A stretch of DNA of 64,000 bases from an uncultured Acidobacteriota bacterium (GTDB lineage Bacteria > Acidobacteriota > Vicinamibacteria > Vicinamibacterales > 2-12-FULL-66-21): the NCBI GenBank assembly GCA_963804245.1, contig CAWDPQ010000017.1:157545-221544 (forward strand), in the 5' to 3' direction. The position numbers and the translations under genes were made by a program. Shown in pieces: positions 57,829 through 64,000 of the stretch. The notes beneath the pieces are model-generated. The model saw only the letters and a list, made by a program, of their open reading frames with translations. It made no database searches and was not told where the DNA came from. How positions within the stretch are numbered: the first letter of the stretch is position 1; each line of letters opens with the position of its first letter.

Positions 57829-59361
57829 ATGCCCCGTAGCCGCTCACTCTGGATCGACACCGACTACTCCGATCGCTTCGGACCGTTGATGACCGATGGC
57901 GTGGCGGATGTGTGCGTCATTGGCGCCGGAGTGGCGGGGCTCACCACCGCGTATCTTCTCGCGAGAGAAGGCCACTCCGTCGTGGTTCTGGACGACGGGA
58001 GTCCAGGATGTGGACAGACGGGCGTGACCACGGCACACCTCTCGTATCAGATCGACGCCGGCTACAAAGAGATTCTCCGATTGCACGGACGCGAGGGCGC
58101 GAGGCTGGCCTACAACAGTCACCGTGCGGCCATCGATCGTATCGAGGCCATCGTTCAGCTCGAAGACATCCAGTGCGACTTCGAACGCGTCAGCGGATAC
58201 CTGTTCCCTGCCGAGGGTCATGGGCCAGCGGAGATCGACGCAGAGCTCGACTCGGCCAAAGCAGCCAGCGTCCTCGTTCAGCGGCTGAGCACTGCTCCCG
58301 TCCGAGGTTTTTACAGCGGACCGTGTCTTCACTACCCGCGACAGGCGCAGTTTCACCCCCTCAAATACCTGAACGGTCTGGTCAACGCCCTGGAACGACT
58401 CGGTAGTCGACTCCACACCGGCACGCGGGTGGAATCGGTGACTGGTGGCGACACGGCTGTGGTTTCAACTGCGGGTGGACGGTCGATCACCGCGAAGTCC
58501 GCCGTTGTCGCTACGAACGTCCCCTTCAACGATCGGCTGGCCATCCATACGAAGCAAGCGCCCTATCACACCTACGTCGTTGCTGCGCGTGTACCGCCGG
58601 ACACCATCACCCACGCGCTGTACTGGGATACCGCGGACCCGTATCACTACGCTCGGCTGCATCGTGTGACCAGCGCGCACATCGGCGGCGACAACGACGA
58701 GCCCGTTGATCTCCTGATCGTCGGCGGAGAGGATCACAAAGCCGGTCAGGCTCAGGACGCCGAACGGCGGTTCGGCAGCCTCGAGGCTTGGATGCGGGAG
58801 CGCTTTGCGGCCGCGGGCGACGTCGAGTTCCGGTGGTCGGGGCAGGTGATGGAAACGCAGGATGGTCTGGCATTCATCGGACGCAATCCGATGGACGCCG
58901 ACAACGTATATGTGGTGACCGGCGACTCGGGTATGGGACTGACGCACGGTACCATCGCCGGGATCCTGATCACCGACCTCATCGGCGGGCGACAGAATCC
59001 ATGGATGGATCTCTATGATCCATCGCGAATTCGCACTGGTGCCGCCGCCGAGTTCGTGAAGGAAAACCTGAACGTGGCCCTGCAATACACCTCGTGGCTG
59101 ACGGGCGGTGAAGTGAGCAGCGTCGAGGAAATTGCGCCGAACAGCGGTGCGGTGATCCGCGAGGGGTTGCTGAAGGTTGCCGTCTTCCGGGACGAATCAG
59201 GCGAGCTTCATCGTCGATCGGCTGTGTGCACCCATCTCGGTTGCATCGTCGCCTGGAATCCTGCCGCATCGACCTGGGACTGTCCATGCCACGGATCCCG
59301 CTTCGACAAGCTCGGAACAGTCATCAACGGCCCGGCCTCGACAGACCTGAAGCCGGTCTGA
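57829..59361 (+). CDS. FAD-dependent oxidoreductase with C-terminal Rieske [2Fe-2S] domain (YhfW-like)
   Basis: VIGAGVAGLT; CTHLGC...WDCPCHGSRF. Confidence 0.93.
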   Translation: MPRSRSLWIDTDYSDRFGPLMTDGVADVCVIGAGVAGLTTAYLLAREGHSVVVLDDGSPGCGQTGVTTAHLSYQIDAGYKEILRLHGREGARLAYNSHRAAIDRIEAIVQLEDIQCDFERVSGYLFPAEGHGPAEIDAELDSAKAASVLVQRLSTAPVRGFYSGPCLHYPRQAQFHPLKYLNGLVNALERLGSRLHTGTRVESVTGGDTAVVSTAGGRSITAKSAVVATNVPFNDRLAIHTKQAPYHTYVVAARVPPDTITHALYWDTADPYHYARLHRVTSAHIGGDNDEPVDLLIVGGEDHKAGQAQDAERRFGSLEAWMRERFAAAGDVEFRWSGQVMETQDGLAFIGRNPMDADNVYVVTGDSGMGLTHGTIAGILITDLIGGRQNPWMDLYDPSRIRTGAAAEFVKENLNVALQYTSWLTGGEVSSVEEIAPNSGAVIREGLLKVAVFRDESGELHRRSAVCTHLGCIVAWNPAASTWDCPCHGSRFDKLGTVINGPASTDLKPV

Positions 59362-59383
59362 ACTTGGCGCGATCGGTCGGTTC

Positions 59384-60178
59384 CTAGCGTGGCATCGTCT
59401 TGGCCGGCGGCAGCTGTCGCAGGCGCGCCTTGACTCGCTGGAATTCCGGACTGTTCCGGCGACCGCCGGTGCGCGACGCTTTCCGCAGCCGCGCGGCACG
59501 CTCGGCGGGAGCGGGGTGACTCGAGAGGAAGACGTCGACGGAGCTCGGGTCGCGTCCCTGCTGACGTTGCAGGATCTCCATGAACTCGAGCAGGCCATGG
59601 GCGTCCCAACCGGCCCGTCGCACGATCTCGGCTCCGACGCGATCCGCTTCGCGTTCGTCGTCGCGACTGAACTTCAGCATGTAGCCGCCTGCCAGCACCT
59701 GCGCGCCAGCCTGCGCCGCCCGGGCGCTCCGATCGTTGCCCAGGACGGCGCCGAGCAGGCCCAACAAACCATCCGCGACGAGGCGCTTGGTCAGCTGATC
59801 CGCGGCGTGCCGTCGCGAAATGTGCGCCACTTCGTGCGCGAGGACGCCGGCGAGCTGCGCCTCGTTGGTCGCGGCCTGAAGGGCGCCCCGGTTGATCCAT
59901 ATCGGACCGCCGGGCAGCGCGAAGGCGTTGATCTCTTTGTAGTTCGCAATCGAGAAGCTATACGGATAGCGGGAACCGCCGGCACGGGACGCGATGCGAC
60001 GTCCGATCGATGTCACGTACGAAACCACCCTACGATCGGACACTACGGGCAAGTCTTTTCGCACCCGCTGCTGCGCCTGGCGACCGATCGCGATCTCCTC
60101 CTGAACCGAGATCAGAGCGTATCCGGCGAGGGGCACCGTCAGGAGAGCCAGCCAGAGGACCGGCGCGGCGCGCCTCAT
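59384..60178 (-). CDS. M48 family metallopeptidase
   Basis: INAFALPGG, LAHEVAH, FSRDDEREAD, LSSHP. Confidence 0.92.
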   Translation of the reverse strand: MRRAAPVLWLALLTVPLAGYALISVQEEIAIGRQAQQRVRKDLPVVSDRRVVSYVTSIGRRIASRAGGSRYPYSFSIANYKEINAFALPGGPIWINRGALQAATNEAQLAGVLAHEVAHISRRHAADQLTKRLVADGLLGLLGAVLGNDRSARAAQAGAQVLAGGYMLKFSRDDEREADRVGAEIVRRAGWDAHGLLEFMEILQRQQGRDPSSVDVFLSSHPAPAERAARLRKASRTGGRRNSPEFQRVKARLRQLPPAKTMPR

Positions 60179-61113
60179 ACGCGGGGCGCAGGGGCGGCGG
60201 GGATCTCCTCCGGTCTACGCCGCCGCAGCCGCGCGTTGGCGGCAGTCACCTCGACCCCGTACAGCAGAACCACAGCGGAAATGTAGACCCAGAACAGGAA
60301 CACCACAACGGCGGCGATCGATCCGTGCACGCTGAAGCGGGACATGTCGCGCACGTAGAAGGAAAAGCCCGCGAGCGCCCCGCGCCACAGAAGTCCGGTG
60401 ATGACCGCTCCCACCCAGACATCGCGGAATCGGACCTGGGCGTTGGGCACGAAATAGAACACCAGCCCGACGACGAGGATGAAGATGAGGGTTGTTGCCC
60501 ACTTCAAGGCGATGCTCTGCAACTCCTGGAGGATCGGAATGCGAGTGACGACTTCGGCAAACCACCGCGCTTCGACGACATTGACCGCACTGACCAGGAA
60601 AAGCCCGACGACCAGCAGCACGCTGGCGAGAAGCAGCATGACGAATGAAATCAGCTTGTGTTTGAAGAAGCTTGGCTGCTTCTCGACGCCCCAGGCGTGA
60701 TTGACGGCCGACGTGATCGCCCCGAAAACGCCCATCGCCGCCCACGTCATCAGCACGCTGCCCGCAACCCCCAGGCGAAGACCCGCCTGCTGCAAGGCGG
60801 TCAGTTGCTCGTCCACGAATCCGAATTTCTGGGGAAAGTATTTGAGCACGAAGTTCAATACCGCCTGCCGGTCCGCTTCGGTGCTCGTGATGCTGGCGAT
60901 AATGGAGAACGCGAGGAGGAAAAACGGGAACAGGGAGAGCAGCGCGTAATAGGCGATCGACGACGCAAACGTGAGGTCGTCGCTGCTGTAGAAGCTCATG
61001 AGCCCGCGCCAAATCGCGAGCCAGGTGAGGCGAATCTCGGCGCGACTTCTGGCGAGTATGCGACGATAAAAAGAAAAACGCGTCGGGTGCGGGCTCTTTA
61101 CCGGCGCACTCAC
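60175..61113 (-). CDS. YihY/BrkB family membrane protein
   Basis: ASSIAYYALLSLFPF, VNHAWGV, YFVPN, LFWVYISAVVLLYG. Confidence 0.92.
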   Translation of the reverse strand: MSAPVKSPHPTRFSFYRRILARSRAEIRLTWLAIWRGLMSFYSSDDLTFASSIAYYALLSLFPFFLLAFSIIASITSTEADRQAVLNFVLKYFPQKFGFVDEQLTALQQAGLRLGVAGSVLMTWAAMGVFGAITSAVNHAWGVEKQPSFFKHKLISFVMLLLASVLLVVGLFLVSAVNVVEARWFAEVVTRIPILQELQSIALKWATTLIFILVVGLVFYFVPNAQVRFRDVWVGAVITGLLWRGALAGFSFYVRDMSRFSVHGSIAAVVVFLFWVYISAVVLLYGVEVTAANARLRRRRPEEIPAAPAPRV

Positions 61114-61319
61114 GCGTTCATTCTATCGCCAGCACTCTCAATCCACGCGCGCCGCAGCTCATCGCTGAACCATGCCGGTATCGTCCCGGTCAGCGCGACG
61201 CCGGCGAGGTGAAAGGCGGCCCGTCGCAGCGACGGCGTACGGAGAACATAGTACACCGCGCCCGCTGCCGCGAGGGCGAGGACCACATTCGCCGTTTTGC
61301 GAGCTTGAGCTTCCGTCAT
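61110..61319 (-). CDS. Small membrane protein (69 aa)
   Basis: One TM; stop overlaps the yihY-like start. Confidence 0.65.
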   Translation of the reverse strand: MTEAQARKTANVVLALAAAGAVYYVLRTPSLRRAAFHLAGVALTGTIPAWFSDELRRAWIESAGDRMNA

Positions 61320-61327
61320 CAGTCTGC

Positions 61328-61440
61328 CACGTGCGTACGTGCTGACGTGACTGCTACGGGCTATGTGCCGAACGGGCTATGTGCCGACGTGCTACGTGCA
61401 CCGAAGTCGCACGTAGCACGTCAGCCACGTCGCACGTGCT
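61328..61440. repeat. GCACGT-rich tract with 16-nt tandem repeat and 14-bp hairpin
   Basis: ACGGGCTATGTGCCGA x2 (61356-87); GACGTGCTACGTGC / GCACGTAGCACGTC (61386-99/61409-22). Confidence 0.75.
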
Positions 61441-61443
61441 TGC

Positions 61444-61830
61444 CTATCCCCGATTCGTTCCTGCCGGGGTGTAACCGCCGGTCGTTCCCGTCGCCGAGGT
61501 GCTGCCGAAGCCGCCCGACGAGGAACCGGTGGAACTGCCGAATCCCGTATCGCTCGACGTACCCGGAGCGCCCGTTCCGCGCGCGCGGTCGTACGCTTCA
61601 CGTCCGCGTTCGACGATCTGGCTCACCTTCTCGGTCGCCTGCTGATAGGTGTCATTGGCCGTCGTCTTGAGGCGACCGGCCTGCTCACCGAGCTGATTGC
61701 GCAGCTCATTTCCTGGTTTCGGTGCGAACAACATTCCGAGGCCGGCGCCGAGCACCGTTCCCGCGAGCAAGCCCATCAGAAACGAGCCACCGCCGTCTTC
61801 ACGTTCGTACCGATCGTATTCGTACGCCAT
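61444..61830 (-). CDS. YtxH-domain protein
   Basis: AGGAGG RBS; FLMGLLAGTVLGAGLGMLFAPKPGNELR. Confidence 0.9.
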   Translation of the reverse strand: MAYEYDRYEREDGGGSFLMGLLAGTVLGAGLGMLFAPKPGNELRNQLGEQAGRLKTTANDTYQQATEKVSQIVERGREAYDRARGTGAPGTSSDTGFGSSTGSSSGGFGSTSATGTTGGYTPAGTNRG

Positions 61831-61877
61831 GCAACCTCCTGTTAACCTTCATCTCTACCCAATAACGCGTCGGGCGA

Positions 61878-62312
61878 CTACAGCCTCCCTGCCGCGGTGG
61901 CAGGAGGCTTCGGGCTGGATTCGTTGTTCAGCAGCGACATGATCACCGCCCGGATGCCCCGGACCACGCCTGTCGCCTGATAAACCTTCTCCCGCACGGT
62001 CGTTTTGACTTTCTCCGCCGTATCGTCGACGCGTCCCATCGTGTCGCTGATGGCATGGTCGACGCGCTCGGTCTGCTGGCTGACGCGCGCCGTCACCGAC
62101 TTCACGTCGGCCAGGATGTCATCGACCTTCGCTCGCAGCGGCTCGATCTGCTGCACCTCGATGTCCCGGATCAGCGTCATCACTTTTCGGTACGCCAGGA
62201 AGGCCCCGATCGCGACACCGATCAGCACCAGCGCCTCGAGCACACTCACAGCCGCCATGATGCCGAGCATCACGTTCGTCGTATCCAGCGTCGACGCGAG
62301 ATTCCCCTCCAT
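61878..62312 (-). CDS. DUF948-like TM + coiled-coil protein
   Basis: N-terminal TM then heptad coil; YtxH neighbourhood. Confidence 0.65.
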   Translation of the reverse strand: MEGNLASTLDTTNVMLGIMAAVSVLEALVLIGVAIGAFLAYRKVMTLIRDIEVQQIEPLRAKVDDILADVKSVTARVSQQTERVDHAISDTMGRVDDTAEKVKTTVREKVYQATGVVRGIRAVIMSLLNNESSPKPPATAAGRL

Positions 62313-62322
62313 GTTTCTCCCC

Positions 62323-62571
62323 CTAAGCAGACCAGCGGCCCTGATTTGCGCCGGTCACCTCATTGAGCGACCGCCAACCCTCGTTCGCGGCGGTGCGCGC
62401 CTTTTCGACGGTCCCGCGCAACCGCGAAATCTCCCCGATAAAGTCGTCGAGCCGCGGCTCGATCTGAGCGCGGACCCGGCGGCCGCCCTCCGTCATGTAC
62501 AACCAACCCCAGACGCCGCCGATGACGGCACCGAGGAATGTTGCCGTGAGTACTCGCGATCGCTCGTCCAC
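62323..62571 (-). CDS. YtxH-like small protein
   Basis: FLGAVIGGVWGWLYMTEGGRRVR. Confidence 0.65.
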   Translation of the reverse strand: MDERSRVLTATFLGAVIGGVWGWLYMTEGGRRVRAQIEPRLDDFIGEISRLRGTVEKARTAANEGWRSLNEVTGANQGRWSA

Positions 62572-62653
62572 ATCCGCCTCCTCTGTACGCCGCGTTACAG
62601 ATCTTGAATCACATCAATCAAACGCCATGCCAGCCCAGCGGCGCGATTTCCGG

Positions 62654-64000
62654 CTACGAACCGCTCGTTGAACGGAGCGCTGACGTCGGTACGAACATCG
62701 CTAGACCAATTCCGTTCCATCTCTCGCCTGCTGGACTGTCCTTCGCTTCCGACCCCAACGGCATCACACCCAGATAGTTCGGATCGAGCCGGAACTTTCC
62801 GCCTATGTAATCTCGAGCCAGCTCTGCCCGGTGCCTGCTGACGAGGTAGCGCTCGTCACTCGTGCCACCTTGCGCGTAGCCTTCGACGACGAGCGGGCTG
62901 GTGCGCGGGTAACGGAGGAACTCGGACATCGCCGAATCGAGCCGCACCCGGCCCCCTTCGGTGAGCACTTCCTTCCCGCTCGCATCAGTCGCAAACAGGA
63001 CATCCGCCGACAGCCAGATCTTGAGTACCCGGCGGTCGCCGGTCTGCAGCGCTCCACGACGATAGTCCGTAGGGCTTACATCGTCGAGGTCAAAATAACC
63101 CCGGCGGTTGAAGAACCCACGAAAGAAGAAATTCCGCTTGAGCGCCTCGGTGCTGTCGGCGAGGTCGGACATGGCGTCGCGAGCGGTGATGAGCGTTTGC
63201 TGCAGGCTGGCGGTGAGCCCCTTGGCCGGCCCTCGTTCCCCGCGAAAGTCCGCGACCGCTTCCTTGGCCTGCTCGCTCGCCTCACGCACGTTCGTTACCG
63301 TGGCTTGCGCATCGGTCATCATCGTCTTGACACTGGTGTAGAGCGAGTCGTCGTTGACCAGCTTGCCGATCGTTCCGCGGCCTTGACGGACGCCGTTCAC
63401 AATGGCCGTCAAGTTGCCCGTAACCTGCTCCGTGGATGCCAGGATCACGCGGAGGTCCGCGCCCACATCGTTCATCAGGACCTGCGCGTCCTTGGCGACC
63501 GAGGCCACCGCCGCCAGCGCGTCGTCCACTTCCCTCTTCACGTCGACGAGCATGGTATTGACGGTATCGATCGTATCGCTCATTTTCTGCATCAGATCAG
63601 CGATATCGAACGGCTCACGCGATTTAATCGTGCCCTCGTCGGCGACCTGCGGCGACTGCTCGGTGCCGGCCTCGATTTGCACGAACTTGTTGCCGACCAG
63701 ACCGTCGTTCTGAATCGTGGCGACCGAGTCGAGGCGGATGAGCGGGTGCAGGTCCTTCCGGACGCGCATGCGGACGCGGAAGCGCGCTCCCGGCCGCGCA
63801 GGGATCTGCAGGTTCTCTACCTCCCCAGCGTCCATGCCGGCAACCCGTACCTTCGCCCCGAGGTCGAGCGCTGCAACCTCTGAGAATTCGGCGTACACGT
63901 AAAACGTTTCGGCAAACAACATACGCCGATCGCCGATCAGGAACAGGCCTGCGGCGAAGAGCAGGAGTCCGCCGAGGATGAACGCGCCGACGAGAGCTGG
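62654..64000 (-). CDS. MCE/MlaD-family protein with C-terminal OmpA-like domain (5'-partial)
   Basis: Frame is open to the window end (ALVGAFILGG TM); GAKVRVAGMDAGEV, NDGLVGNKFVQI; C-terminus SADVLF...LVVEGYA...SRHRAELARDY. Confidence 0.85.
   Translation of the reverse strand, partial: PALVGAFILGGLLLFAAGLFLIGDRRMLFAETFYVYAEFSEVAALDLGAKVRVAGMDAGEVENLQIPARPGARFRVRMRVRKDLHPLIRLDSVATIQNDGLVGNKFVQIEAGTEQSPQVADEGTIKSREPFDIADLMQKMSDTIDTVNTMLVDVKREVDDALAAVASVAKDAQVLMNDVGADLRVILASTEQVTGNLTAIVNGVRQGRGTIGKLVNDDSLYTSVKTMMTDAQATVTNVREASEQAKEAVADFRGERGPAKGLTASLQQTLITARDAMSDLADSTEALKRNFFFRGFFNRRGYFDLDDVSPTDYRRGALQTGDRRVLKIWLSADVLFATDASGKEVLTEGGRVRLDSAMSEFLRYPRTSPLVVEGYAQGGTSDERYLVSRHRAELARDYIGGKFRLDPNYLGVMPLGSEAKDSPAGERWNGIGLAMFVPTSALRSTSGS

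Overview
High-GC bacterial chromosomal segment, most likely Acidobacteriota (Vicinamibacteria-like). That assignment is inferred from an ADOP-type duplicated permease, an ECF/zf-HC2/DUF4097 cassette, kinase-TolB fusions and a CTTCCGCC-TGAA-GGCGGAAG REP. Most of the window is envelope, regulatory and housekeeping genes: L,D-transpeptidase/M23, ECF sigma cassette, two SpoIIE/PP2C phosphatases, LytS/LytTR, RES-Xre toxin-antitoxin, a 15-repeat BACON protein, AsmA-like protein, M16 pair, pdxH, amidase, YyaL, ABC exporter, FAD-Rieske, and a YtxH/YihY/M48/MlaD cluster. A decayed accessory zone (~26.2-36.6 kb) holds pseudogenes, an IS3 remnant and a 3.3 kb island bounded by tRNA-Leu(TAA) and a 50-bp duplicate of its 3' half. 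Several otherwise intact genes carry single frameshifts, which looks like long-read indel error, so pseudogene calls are cautious. Top leads: (1) two tandem structured-RNA units at 57.41-57.78 kb, each behind its own correctly spaced sigma-54 promoter; (2) a secreted double-glycine precursor gene next to a C39 peptidase-TPR-POTRA-beta-barrel fusion (8.3-10.7 kb); (3) the tRNA-Leu mini-island; (4) dispersed (CCCCAGYT)n repeats with G-quadruplex potential. All family assignments come from motif recognition by eye; no searches were run.
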